Positions 32,616 to 43,395 of a stretch of DNA of 57,204 bases are shown piece after piece. The notes under the pieces are model-generated. The model did no database searches. It worked only from the letters and a program-made list of their open reading frames with translations, and was not told where the DNA came from. This DNA comes from an uncultured Clostridia bacterium. GTDB taxonomy: Bacteria; Bacillota; Clostridia; TANB77; CAG-508. The stretch is from the NCBI GenBank assembly GCA_947631495.1, contig CANRLO010000003.1, positions 1-57,204 of the forward strand, given 5' to 3'. The stretch's first letter is position 1. The number at the start of each line of letters is the position of its first letter. The translations under genes were made by a program, and so were the position numbers.

Positions 32616-33368
32616 CTAAATAAACATTGCTAACATGCCTAGTAGGAAGCCGAATATGTTGCCTACTGCTGTCATTCTACCACGGTACAAGCTATTGGAT
32701 TCTGGCATTAATTCGCCTGATACGATGTATAACATGGCTCCTGCTGCAAAGCTTAAACACATGCTGATTACTTCTTTTGAAATTCCGCCTACTAATGCGC
32801 CAAAGAAGGCTCCTATTCCTGTGGTTACTCCAGATAGTATAACATAGATGACTACTTTTATTTTTCCCATTCCTCCATTTTTCATTGGAACTGCCATGGA
32901 TATTCCTTCTGGTATATCATGTAGGCAAATTGCTATGGCAAGAGAATATCCTAGTGTGATAGATGCACCAAATCCTGAACCAATGGCTAGACCTTCTGGA
33001 AAGTTATGTAAGGCTAGACCTATACTAACGATAATTCCTGTTTTTAATAGACTACTTGCGGTATTCTTTCTTACTGGATTTTTATTAAATTTATTTTGTA
33101 CTAGGATATCGCAGATAATCATGGTAAGAACTCCAAACATAATGCCAACTAACACATTTAAGATGCTTGCCATTTCCATTGCTTCTGGTATTAAGTCAAA
33201 ACAGATGATAGCTAGCATCAGTCCAGAAGCAAATGCTAGAACAAAACTCAAAAATTTATTAGAGGTTTTTTTGAAGCATACTCCTATTATGCCTCCAATG
33301 GTCGTACCAAAGGTTCCAAAGAATAAACCAATTAGTGTTGTTTTGATTAAATAATCCAATCGCTCCAC
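32616..33368 (-). CDS. ZIP family divalent metal transporter
   Basis: LHNFPEGLAIG and HDIPEG motifs. Confidence 0.9.
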   Translation of the reverse strand: MERLDYLIKTTLIGLFFGTFGTTIGGIIGVCFKKTSNKFLSFVLAFASGLMLAIICFDLIPEAMEMASILNVLVGIMFGVLTMIICDILVQNKFNKNPVRKNTASSLLKTGIIVSIGLALHNFPEGLAIGSGFGASITLGYSLAIAICLHDIPEGISMAVPMKNGGMGKIKVVIYVILSGVTTGIGAFFGALVGGISKEVISMCLSFAAGAMLYIVSGELMPESNSLYRGRMTAVGNIFGFLLGMLAMFI

Positions 33369-33599
33369 TCCCTACATAAGCTTTTTTATTATTTTATTGT
33401 AAAAGCTTATTTTTATGCTTATTTTTTGAAAAATAAGGTATTGGCTTTTATATTTTACTTTTTATTTTCCGCTATAGCGGAATTATGGTTGATTTTAGTT
33501 TTTATTTGAAATTATTGAAAATAACATAATTTTATGTTATACTGCTTATATATTTTTGAGAGTTACTCGTAAACATATTTGTTAAGGAGGAAAAATTAT

Positions 33600-33947
33600 A
33601 TGGAACTTATTAATATTCAATCAGAAAAGGACATTAAGACTTTACTTTTGGAGGAAATGGAGCTTGCAGAGACAGAACGCGTTTTAATTATTCTCAGTAA
33701 GAATCGGTTCGATGAGTTTAGAAAAAGAGAGGATGTAAGAGAAAATTTTTATTCTAACGTAGATAGGGTATCCTCGGGTAACGATATAAATTATTCTATT
33801 TACGAAAATAAGAATATTGTAACTTGTCGTCACTATATTACTTTTGCATTTTCAATTATATCTGGGCTTTACATTGTAAAAGATTTTTCTACTATGAAAA
33901 GTCCTGCCTATGAAGCAGAAGTTTCCAAGATTCATTTTATTGAATAA
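33600..33947 (+). CDS. Hypothetical protein (ORFan) with an in-frame CGG at 33705-33707
   Basis: RBS AAGGAGG before ATG 33600; followed by a hairpin terminator at about 33968-34003. Confidence 0.6.
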   Translation: MELINIQSEKDIKTLLLEEMELAETERVLIILSKNRFDEFRKREDVRENFYSNVDRVSSGNDINYSIYENKNIVTCRHYITFAFSIISGLYIVKDFSTMKSPAYEAEVSKIHFIE

Positions 33948-34174
33948 TGTTTGTTAATCTTTTTACTAAAAAAAACACTTAAACAATGTTTAGGTGCTTT
34001 TTTTATTGATTCTTATCTTTTTAACTGCTTAAAAGTTTTATAATTTTTGTTATTTTATGAATTTTTAATAGTTACATATATTTTTTAAATTTAAAAAGTT
34101 ATCCACAATTTGGAAATTTTAACCCCCGTCCCTAAAATTTCTTATTTTTAAATTTTGAGACCCGTCCCTAAAAT

Positions 34175-35233
34175 TTAATCTTCTCCTTTTAGGCGTTCGG
34201 CTCTGTCTGCTGCTATTAGGTTATCTATCATTTCGTCTAAGTCTCCGTTTAGGAAGTCTTCAAATTGGTATACGTTAAAGCCGATTCTATGGTCAGTTAT
34301 ACGACCTTGTGGGTAGTTATAAGTACGAATTTTTTCGCTTCTATCGCCTGAACCTACTTGACTTTTTCTTTCATTTGCGATTTCACTATCTCTTTTTTGT
34401 TTTTCTATTTCGTATAGCCTTGAACGAAGTAGTCTCATGGCATATTCTCTGTTTTGTACTTGTGAACGTTCAGTTTGACATTCTGCTACTATTCCTGTTG
34501 GAACGTGGATTAGTCTTACTGCAGATGATGTTTTGTTTACGTGTTGTCCTCCTGCTCCTGATGCTCTATATACTTCCATTTTAATATCTGCTGGGTTGAT
34601 GTCTATTTCTACATCTTCTACTTCTGGAAGTACAGCAACTGTTGCTGTTGATGTATGTATTCTTCCACTACTTTCGGTGTCTGGTACACGTTGTACACGA
34701 TGCACTCCACTTTCAAATTTTAGTCTACTGAAAGCTCCTTTTCCTGTTATCATGAATGAGATTTCTTTGTAACCACCTAGCCCTGTTTCATTTTCATTTA
34801 CTACTTCTAGTTTCCAATGTTTCTTTTCTGCATACATACTATACATTCTAAATAGTGTTCCTGCAAATAATGCTGCTTCTTCTCCTCCTGCTCCGCCACG
34901 GATTTCGCATATAACGTTTTTATCGTCATCTGGGTCTTTTGGAATTAATAGAATTTTTAATTCTTCTTCAATTTTTGGCATTAATTCTTTGTTTGCTAGC
35001 ATTTCTTCTTCTGCTAAGTCTTTCATCTCTGGGTCATTCATCATTTCTTTTGCTTCTTCATAAGCTTGTTTTGCTTTTTTATATTCTCTATATTTTTGTA
35101 CAACTGGTTCTATTTCTGCATGTTCTTTCATATATTCACGCCATTCATTGGTTCTTGCAATAACTTCTGGATCGCTAATTTTGGCTGTTAATTCTTCATA
35201 ACGCTTTTCTACTGTTTCTAATTTGTCAAACAT
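34175..35233 (-). CDS. prfA: Peptide chain release factor 1
   Basis: PxT motif (RVPDTES), GAGGQHVN and [12 protein letters not shown]. Confidence 0.97.
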   Translation of the reverse strand: MFDKLETVEKRYEELTAKISDPEVIARTNEWREYMKEHAEIEPVVQKYREYKKAKQAYEEAKEMMNDPEMKDLAEEEMLANKELMPKIEEELKILLIPKDPDDDKNVICEIRGGAGGEEAALFAGTLFRMYSMYAEKKHWKLEVVNENETGLGGYKEISFMITGKGAFSRLKFESGVHRVQRVPDTESSGRIHTSTATVAVLPEVEDVEIDINPADIKMEVYRASGAGGQHVNKTSSAVRLIHVPTGIVAECQTERSQVQNREYAMRLLRSRLYEIEKQKRDSEIANERKSQVGSGDRSEKIRTYNYPQGRITDHRIGFNVYQFEDFLNGDLDEMIDNLIAADRAERLKGED

Positions 35234-35297
35234 AAATATTCTCCTTTATTTTTACTTTACTTGCTTATTATACTATATTTTTTTGATTTATTCAATA

Positions 35298-35332
35298 GAA
35301 AAACCACCTTTTAATAAAAAGGTGGTTTTCTA
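35298..35332. terminator. Rho-independent terminator-like hairpin
   Basis: GAAAAACCACCTTTT-AAT-AAAAGGTGGTTTTC. Confidence 0.65.
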
Positions 35333-35372
35333 TTTGCTAAGTAATTGCATTTTTTCTAATTTGTGTTTTTCT

Positions 35373-35732
35373 TTAAATGTATCCTTTTAATATTTTAGCT
35401 ATTTTTTTCTCATGCTTGCTAATGATTGTACTAAAAGGATTCTGGAAACTTTCAAATTGTTTGATGAACATATTTCTTATTTTTGTATAATATGTTCCTA
35501 CAGCCATTAATAAATCTTGTGAATTGTTGATTCTTATTGGTTCTTTTCTTCTCTGGTCTTCCATTTGCATTTTTTCTAAGTTTAGGCTTTTGCATTCCAC
35601 AATTAAATTGTTATATAATTGCTCTTTTACTTGTAATTCTAATTGTGATTTAAATAATGCTTTTTTCATTTCTGCTAAAAACCGTTGTATTTCTGTCTTA
35701 AATGCATCTACCCTTTCTTTTTCTATCTCCAT
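35373..35732 (-). CDS. Hypothetical protein (ORFan) with an in-frame CGG at 35682-35684
   Basis: RBS AAGGAGG; 119 aa. Confidence 0.6.
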   Translation of the reverse strand: MEIEKERVDAFKTEIQRFLAEMKKALFKSQLELQVKEQLYNNLIVECKSLNLEKMQMEDQRRKEPIRINNSQDLLMAVGTYYTKIRNMFIKQFESFQNPFSTIISKHEKKIAKILKGYI

Positions 35733-35847
35733 ATTTTCCTCCTTCTAATTAGAATTTGAGTTATTTAAACAGTAGCTTTTATATTATAGTATTGTTTTTT
35801 TGCATTGTCAATTACTATTTTGTATAAATTTTATATATGAATATATT

Positions 35848-37785
35848 TTATAATTCTATTACATTATGCTGTATGTTATTTTTATTTAATATTTCTTTTT
35901 CTCTATTTGTACAAGTTAATATTATAATTTGATTATTTGGAATTTCTTTGCTTAAATATTGTAAAATATTTTCTAGTCTTTGTTCATCATAATAAGCAAA
36001 AGCTTCATCTAATATAATTGGCATGGATTCTTCTGTTAATTCTTTTGCCATAGCTAAACGTAAAGATAAGTATAATTGGTCTATTGTTCCAACACTTAAC
36101 TTTTCTGCTTCTATATATTCACCATTCTCTTTCTCTATTATTAACCCATTTTCCTCACTTAAATTTACTTTTGTATATTTTCCGTTTGAAATTTTTTCTA
36201 CATTTTCTGAAAGTTGCTTTGTTAATTTTGGTGTAATATTTTGCTTCATTTTTTTATAGGCAATTTCTAATATTTCTTTTGAAAGCTCCATTACTTCATT
36301 TTCTTTTTCTAATTCTTTTTCTCTTTGCTTTAATTCTTCCAATTGTTCTTCAAAAATAGCTATTTTTTCTAATTTTGGTGAAATTGTATTTTCCTCTAAT
36401 TCTAACGAATGGTATTCTAATTTTTTACGATTTCTTTCTTCTTCCTTGCTTTCTAATTGCCACGCTATATTTTGAATTTTAAAAAGCTCATCTATTTCTT
36501 CTAGCCTATTACTGTTTTCTTTTAATTTTTCTTTTTCTATGTCTTCATTTGCTTGCAATTTTTCTTTTTGAATTTCTATTTCTTTTTCTTGTTGTTCTAT
36601 ATTATTTTGTAAGATTTTAATTTCCGCTTCAATTGCATCTATATTTTCTTTGATTTCTATATTCTGTTTTTGCTCTTTTTTTATTCTTTGTTCATACTGT
36701 TGCTTTACTATTTTTTGCTTTTTTATTTCTAATAAGAACAAAATTAAAGAAACTATTGCTACGAACCCAAAAAGAATCATAAATATTTTATTTTTTAAGA
36801 ATAAAATAGTGATACTTTCTAAGAAAAGGCTTATTATTAATAAAATTGTACTTACTAGAATTTTTTTGTTTTTTGCCAAAGGTTGTGTTGTACTTTTTTC
36901 TATTATTTTTTCTTTAAGTTCTTTTTGTTGTGCTTCTTTTTGTTCCTCCAATTGCCTTTTTCTTTGTTCTTGACTTTCTTTTAAATTTTCAGTTAATTTA
37001 ATTTTTTCTTCTTCTAGTTTTTCCTTTTCTTTGATGTTTTTTACTTTTTTCATAACTTCTAATAGTTTTTCTATTTGCTCTATTTCTTTTTGTTTTTCTT
37101 CTTTTTCTTGTAAGATTTCTTTTTTTCTTTCTTTGTATTCTTCTAATTCACCTATTTCATCTTGTAATTTAAACTTTTCTTCTTTTACAATATTTATTGG
37201 CCTTCCTTGTGAACGCATTGTTCCTATTTCTTCTAGTTGTTTTTTATTGATTTTGTCTAAGGCTTTTTTGTAAGAGATACTATCATCCCCTGTTCCTGCT
37301 AAGTTTGCTACTTTTTGTACCATAGCATTTTGTACATTTTGCTCTAATTTTACTTCTTGTTGCATGGAAACTAAAGTAGAATAAAACATGTTTTCTTCTA
37401 CTTTGGTTTGTTCTACAAAAAATTGATTTCCATAGGTTTTGTCAATAGTAAATTGTTTTGAAATGTCTTCTAATTGTTCATTATAGATAATTGGATTTTT
37501 TTTGTTGAAATCACGAAATACTTCATATTTCTTTCCATTATCTAAAGTATAGGTTAATTTTCCTGAAAATTCTTCTTGTCCCCATGGTTTATATCTATCA
37601 TAATCTGAAAATTCTTTTCCTTTTTTCGTTTTAGAAGCACCATAAAAAATATTAGCAATGAATTTTAGCAAAGTTGATTTTCCACTTTCATTATTTCCTT
37701 GTATAATATTTATATGGTCTGCAAAATGAATTTCTTTTTCTTTTAAATTACCATAGTTATTGATTTTTAAACTTTCTATTTTCAA
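35848..37785 (-). CDS. SMC/SbcC-like AAA ATPase (YhaN-like)
   Basis: Walker A GNNESGKST, long coiled coil, LSVGT signature, IILDEAF Walker B. Confidence 0.88.
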   Translation of the reverse strand: MKIESLKINNYGNLKEKEIHFADHINIIQGNNESGKSTLLKFIANIFYGASKTKKGKEFSDYDRYKPWGQEEFSGKLTYTLDNGKKYEVFRDFNKKNPIIYNEQLEDISKQFTIDKTYGNQFFVEQTKVEENMFYSTLVSMQQEVKLEQNVQNAMVQKVANLAGTGDDSISYKKALDKINKKQLEEIGTMRSQGRPINIVKEEKFKLQDEIGELEEYKERKKEILQEKEEKQKEIEQIEKLLEVMKKVKNIKEKEKLEEEKIKLTENLKESQEQRKRQLEEQKEAQQKELKEKIIEKSTTQPLAKNKKILVSTILLIISLFLESITILFLKNKIFMILFGFVAIVSLILFLLEIKKQKIVKQQYEQRIKKEQKQNIEIKENIDAIEAEIKILQNNIEQQEKEIEIQKEKLQANEDIEKEKLKENSNRLEEIDELFKIQNIAWQLESKEEERNRKKLEYHSLELEENTISPKLEKIAIFEEQLEELKQREKELEKENEVMELSKEILEIAYKKMKQNITPKLTKQLSENVEKISNGKYTKVNLSEENGLIIEKENGEYIEAEKLSVGTIDQLYLSLRLAMAKELTEESMPIILDEAFAYYDEQRLENILQYLSKEIPNNQIIILTCTNREKEILNKNNIQHNVIEL

Positions 37786-37868
37786 TTGTTTACTCCTTAT
37801 TTCATTTTTTGGTTTAGTGAATTTACCCTTCTATTTTTTATTTAATTTTTTCATAAATATATTTTTGT

Positions 37869-38942
37869 TTAAGATAATACTTCTAAACCGATTTCGAGTG
37901 CTTTTTCTAACATTTCTTTGTTTTCTGGTTCTTGCTTTATTTTTTCTAAAATTTCTTTTACATAGATTCCTCTTAATGTAGTAACTTCTTGTGCTACTTT
38001 TTCTACTTCGTAGCCTAGTTTTGTTTTATCCTTGACTTTTATAATTTCTTTTTTATTCATTTGTTTTTGCAATTTATATACATTAATTTCAAAGTTTCTA
38101 TTTCCTACTAAAGTAATTTTATATAATACGTTTTCTGATAATTCTAGTTCTTCTGCTTTTTCTAGTAGTTCCTCGATTGACTTTATTTCTGTTACATCTA
38201 TTTCTACTTCTTTTAATTCTTTTTCATCTAACGGAATAAAATCTAATTTAAGAAATTCTTTTGTAAGCTCCCCTACTACCATTCCATGCTTTCCTAATTC
38301 ATCAAAACCCTGCGAAATAGTTGAACCCGGATAAATAATATTGGTTTGCTCTTGTAAATTGTTTTTGTGAATATGCCCAAGCGCAATGTAGTCAAATCCA
38401 ATTTCTTTTAATTTTTTTGAAGATAAGTTATTATATTCTCGCTCTGTTTTATCACTTCCATCTAAATTTGCGTGAGTTAATAAAATATTGATTTTTTCTT
38501 TGTTTTCAATCTGAATTTCTTCTATTTTGGAATTTTTTACATAGAATTCTTCAAATCCATAACCATATATTATAGCGTCTTCATTTTCGATTTTTTGTAC
38601 TTCTCCCTTGAAAATTGTGACATTGCTATTCCATGGGAAAGTGGCATAATAAGAATTTTTCACATAAGGGTCATGATTTCCTGGGGTAATATAAATTTTT
38701 GTGTTTGGAATTTCACAAAATAGTTGATTTATATATTCAATTGTACTTTCACGTATATATTCTGCATCGTAAAAATCTCCTGCTATAAATAGATAAGGAA
38801 TTTCATTTTGTTTTATATATTCAATCATTTTTTTGAAAGCTTTTCTTTGGTCTAATCTTCGAATTTCACCTAAGTCTGCTCTATCACTTAGCAAGCGAAA
38901 AGGCATATCAAAATGCATATCAGCTATATGTACAAATTTCAT
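37869..38942 (-). CDS. SbcD/Mre11-like metallophosphoesterase (YhaO-like)
   Basis: ADMHFD, AGDFYD, PGNHD and ALGHIH motifs. Confidence 0.9.
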   Translation of the reverse strand: MKFVHIADMHFDMPFRLLSDRADLGEIRRLDQRKAFKKMIEYIKQNEIPYLFIAGDFYDAEYIRESTIEYINQLFCEIPNTKIYITPGNHDPYVKNSYYATFPWNSNVTIFKGEVQKIENEDAIIYGYGFEEFYVKNSKIEEIQIENKEKINILLTHANLDGSDKTEREYNNLSSKKLKEIGFDYIALGHIHKNNLQEQTNIIYPGSTISQGFDELGKHGMVVGELTKEFLKLDFIPLDEKELKEVEIDVTEIKSIEELLEKAEELELSENVLYKITLVGNRNFEINVYKLQKQMNKKEIIKVKDKTKLGYEVEKVAQEVTTLRGIYVKEILEKIKQEPENKEMLEKALEIGLEVLS

Positions 38943-39276
38943 TTTTATTTCATTCCTTTCATTGTACAGATTTATTTAACATTTACTTTGATAATTATTT
39001 CTAATTTTTCATTTAAATTCTTTTTTGATTATACTGAGTTTAATAACAAAAGTCAATAGTTTTTGGAACATTTGTTTTGCTATTAATAAAAATAATACTA
39101 TTTTATTTTTATTAAATAATCCTATTTTATTGATTTCAATAAAATAGTAATAATTTGCAAATAAAAAATCCGCTACAGCGGATTTTTTATTTATTCTTAT
39201 TTACATATTCTTATTTACATTTATTTTTTTATATTATAATGTTTCCTGTTTTTTTCCTCCGTCCCCAAATGCAGTT

Positions 39277-41398
39277 TTATTCCATTGGACCAAATAATTC
39301 GTCGAATTTAGCTTCTAGTTCTTTTTGTATGTCTTCTGTAAATAATTGTGGTTTTTCGTCTTCTTGTTCTTGTGGAAGTGTTGGACTATCAAAGTCGTCA
39401 AAGTCTAGTAAATCAATTACTGGCTCTTTGTTTTCTTGTGGTTTTACTTCTTCTTGCTTTGTTTCTTCTATTCCTTCAATTATGACTGGCTCATTTGTTT
39501 CTTTTTCTTCTATATCAAAGTTTGCTGTTTCATTTACTTTTATATCTGGTTGTTTTTGTTCGAAATCTTTTTGTTCTTTTTCGTCTATATTATCTTCAAA
39601 TAAGTCATCTAATGATTCTACTTTTAAGTTTTCTGCTGCTTTTTTATTTGTTTCTGGTACATATGGATTGTATGGATTATATTTTCTCCATTCTCCTCTT
39701 ACTCCTGCATCAAATTCGTTATGGTTTAAACGATGTGCTTGTAATTCTTTATACATTTTTTGATGTGTGAAATAATAATATTTCTTTGCTTTTACTGGCT
39801 TGATTCCTTTTTCGTAGATAATACATAAATCGTTATCCATTCTTCTAAGTTCATCTGGCGTCATTAGTGCTCTTCCCATTAATTGTTCTGAGTCGCTGAA
39901 GCCTTGTTTATGTGCATGCTTATCACGATTAACTGATTTACTTTGTCTAAAGATTGTTTTTTCTCCTAATGCTTTTGAGAAATATTCTACTGTTTTATAT
40001 GAGTTACTTCCTAAGAATACGTGTGTATCACAGTTACCCATAATTGTTTCATACGATTTTTCATAAATTGCTTCTAATTGGTCTAAGTTTTGTAATATAA
40101 CACTAAATTGAATTCCTCTACTTCTTGATGTTGATATTTTTTTATCGAAGTCTGGTATTCTACCAATGTTAGCAAATTCGTCTAGTATGAAGAATACTGG
40201 TATTTTTAATTTTCCTCCATTTAAGTCTGCGTAATTATATAATTGTTGTATCATTTGTGAGAAGAAAATTGTTAATAAAAAGTCATATGCTGTATGGGTA
40301 TCTGATGAAATAACATATACTGCTGTTTTTTTGTTTCCTATATCTTCAAAGTTTATGGTATCGGTTGAAGTTACTTCTGCAATGTCTTTTGAATCGAATT
40401 TTCCAAGTTTTGATTGCAAAGAACTTAAGATTGAACCATAAGTCTTTTCTGGTGCTATTTCAATAGATTTATAATACATTCTTGCTGGATGGTCATATGG
40501 TAATTGATTGATTAATTCTGTAAGTAAGTTGCTTCCTCCATTACTGTTAGCAGCCCTTACTAATTCAGAACAGCTTGCTAAGTTTTGTTCTTCTTCTGGT
40601 CTTGTTGCAATTAAATAATAAATTAATGCTTTTAATAGCATTTCTGCCATATCGTCCCAGTATGGGTCTGACTTAGTTTCTGATGCTTGACCTTTTACAA
40701 CGGTATTAGCAATAACATCTACATCTAACTCACTTGCTACGTGCATTAGTGGGTTATATCCATCACTATTAGCAGGATTTACTAAGTTTAATACTTTTAT
40801 TTCATAGCCATGGTCTTTTAGGTAACCTGCTGTGTCATCATATAGTTCCCCTTTTGGGTCTGTAAATACATAAGAACCTAGCATTTGGTATGCATTTGGT
40901 TTTGAATATGATGCAGATTTACCAGAACCTGAACCGTCCTACAATTAGAGTGTTAATATTACCACGTTTATCTACTGGTAAGTAATTGTCTTCTGCTAAA
41001 ATGATTCCTTTATTTTTATTTAAAATACGATATTGCTCTCCATTTTCGCTCCAATCACTAGAGCCATGCTCCATATCGTGAAATTCTCCCTTTGGTTTTG
41101 ATTTGATAAATCCAATAATAGAGCATACAACAAATAAAATAGTGTAATTGATTAAACAGCTTATAAATGTTCCAATGTATTCTGCACTGAACATTTTTGT
41201 TATTGTACTAAAGCTTGTTATTGCTGGCACTATTTTTTCAATAAAAATATTTAGATTAAAATTTCCTGCAGCATTTGTTGAATTTTTAATTGTATAGGCT
41301 ATAGGCGAAACAAGTACTATGGCTAAAAATACCCATAGTACTCCAATGACAATTAAAAATTTTTTACTTTGTTTTAAGGTTCTTTTAAATTTATCCAT
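39277..41398 (-). CDS. VirD4/TraG-type coupling-protein ATPase. Needs a +1 shift at CGG 40934-40936 (706 aa when joined).
   Basis: Two N-terminal TM helices, HGSSDW, then NTLIVG-CGG. Skipping the C rebuilds Walker A GGSGSGKS; TDPKGE, LDEFAN, QNLDQL and LMTPDE follow; acidic tail. Confidence 0.9.
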
Positions 41399-41424
41399 GG
41401 CTTTCCACCTTTTCTTTTGTTAAA

Positions 41425-41811
41425 CTATGCTAATTCTTGCGCATCTTCTTTTTGTTTTCTTGTTTTTGCTTTATTTAAATCTACCATTTTTCTTTCTCGT
41501 TCTGCTTTTGACTTCATGAAGTTCTTTATTTTTCCTTCTTTTCTTGCTACTTCTAATGAGTGTTCTGTAGGTCTATTTTCATTGTTTTCTTTTACTTGTG
41601 CATAGTTTGCTTTTTGTGCAATAATTTGTCCTAGTTCTGTTTTTATTGTTCCATTTTTTAAAATTTCTGCATTTCCTACAGAAAAGACCATGTTTTCTCC
41701 TAATATGTTGTCTTTTTTTCCTGCTGATCTTACTTTAATTCCTGGTTCTTTTTCTTTTCTAGATGACATAAATACAATGTCAACTTTTGAATCTCCATTT
41801 GTTTGATTCAT
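41425..41811 (-). CDS. Hypothetical protein
   Basis: 128-aa ORF with an RBS, closely spaced with its neighbours. Confidence 0.65.
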   Translation of the reverse strand: MNQTNGDSKVDIVFMSSRKEKEPGIKVRSAGKKDNILGENMVFSVGNAEILKNGTIKTELGQIIAQKANYAQVKENNENRPTEHSLEVARKEGKIKNFMKSKAERERKMVDLNKAKTRKQKEDAQELA

Positions 41812-41828
41812 TTTTTTACGTCCCCTTT

Positions 41829-42344
41829 CTAGTCTTTCTTATCTCGCACTTCAAAAGCAAAATAAGATTTGTATGGTTTTAATTTGCATTTTCCTTTTAC
41901 TTCATTGGTTTTTTCATCCATATATAAAGTTGGTTTTACTTCTTCTGTGGTTTCTGGGTCTATGATTGATATTGGTCTCTTAAAATTTGGTGTATATTGA
42001 AATTCTTTATATTCTTCTTGTTCAAAATATAAAGTATCAAACTTAATTGGCACTGGACTTTTAGAAATTCTTATTTTATCATCTTCTAAAACACCTGTAT
42101 TTACTACTACTTTTTCTTTTCCAAATGATAAAAATAGCAATTGTTCTTCGTAGTCTGGTTCATCAATAAAGAAGGTTTTTCTTTTTAAATTGCCTTTTAA
42201 TTCTTCTGTGGAGATGAGTCTTTCCACTGTATATTTAGGATACTCTGCTAAATATTCTTTTGCAGTTTTGTTAATACGATAGATAACTGTATTAACTCCT
42301 TCTGGATCGGTTATACTAAAGTGTTTACCTTGTATACTCTCCAT
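41829..42344 (-). CDS. Hypothetical protein
   Basis: RBS GAAAGGGG before ATG 42344. Confidence 0.7.
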   Translation of the reverse strand: MESIQGKHFSITDPEGVNTVIYRINKTAKEYLAEYPKYTVERLISTEELKGNLKRKTFFIDEPDYEEQLLFLSFGKEKVVVNTGVLEDDKIRISKSPVPIKFDTLYFEQEEYKEFQYTPNFKRPISIIDPETTEEVKPTLYMDEKTNEVKGKCKLKPYKSYFAFEVRDKKD

Positions 42345-42453
42345 GTTTGCACCCCTTTCTATGAACCAAATTTCATAGTTTTTCTTTTGTACTGTCACTA
42401 AACATAATTATACAACGAATAGATATGCTTGTCAACGTTTTTTCTAATTTATG

Positions 42454-43323
42454 TTAATTTCTTGGTTCAAATTTTGATATTTCTTTTAATTTTTTATATA
42501 TTTCTATTTCTTCTTCTGATAAATTTTTTGGTACGACAATTTTAATTTCTGCAAATAAATCTCCTCTACCACCTTTTCCATCTTTATACCCTTTTTGTGG
42601 AATTCTAATTTTTTCTCCACTTTGAATTCCTTGTGGAATATAGATGTTACTACTACTATCAATGCCGTCTATGGATACTTTTGCCCCTAATGCAGCTTCC
42701 CATGGAGTTATGTATAAGTCTGTATAAATGTCATATCCATGTAAACGATATTTTTTTGTATTTTCAATGTTAACTTTTACAAATAAATCTCCGCTGTTTC
42801 CACCGTTGATGCCTGGCTTTCCTTGCCCAATTAAACGCATTTTTTCTCCATTTCGAATTCCTGCTGGAATTTGAATTGAGAAGGTTTTCATTTTGCCATC
42901 TGTTGCTCTTAATGATATTTTTTTATTGCTTCCATAAAAGGCTTGTTCTAAATTTAGTGTAATTTCGGTTTCTACATTTTCGCCTTTTTCTGGTATTTTT
43001 TGCTTTTTTCCTTTTTGGAAGGATTTGAAACTACCAAATAATAAGGTAAAGAAATCTGGTTTTGCTTCTCTTTCTTCTTTTTGCTTTTCAATTCTTTTTC
43101 CTACATGAGAATACCATATTCTATCGTATTTTCTTTTGGAATTTGGTGTAGATAATATACGATATGCTTCATTAATATCTTTGAATCTTTCTTCTGCTAT
43201 ACTTCCGCTGTTGACATCTGGATGATATTTTTTTGCTTGTTCACGAAAAGCATTTTTTATTTCATTTATTGTTACTCTGTTGGTTTCTAAACCTAATATT
43301 TTATAATAATCTTTGAATATCAT
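42454..43323 (-). CDS. DnaJ-class chaperone without zinc finger (CbpA-like)
   Basis: KDYYKILG, HPD motif, and a C-terminal DnaJ domain (ITPWEAALG). Confidence 0.88.
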   Translation of the reverse strand: MIFKDYYKILGLETNRVTINEIKNAFREQAKKYHPDVNSGSIAEERFKDINEAYRILSTPNSKRKYDRIWYSHVGKRIEKQKEEREAKPDFFTLLFGSFKSFQKGKKQKIPEKGENVETEITLNLEQAFYGSNKKISLRATDGKMKTFSIQIPAGIRNGEKMRLIGQGKPGINGGNSGDLFVKVNIENTKKYRLHGYDIYTDLYITPWEAALGAKVSIDGIDSSSNIYIPQGIQSGEKIRIPQKGYKDGKGGRGDLFAEIKIVVPKNLSEEEIEIYKKLKEISKFEPRN

Positions 43324-43395
43324 TTAACATCCTCCCATTTTTTCATGGTGTGTTTATTATATCAAGATTATATTTATTTTTCAATAGTTTCTTTT

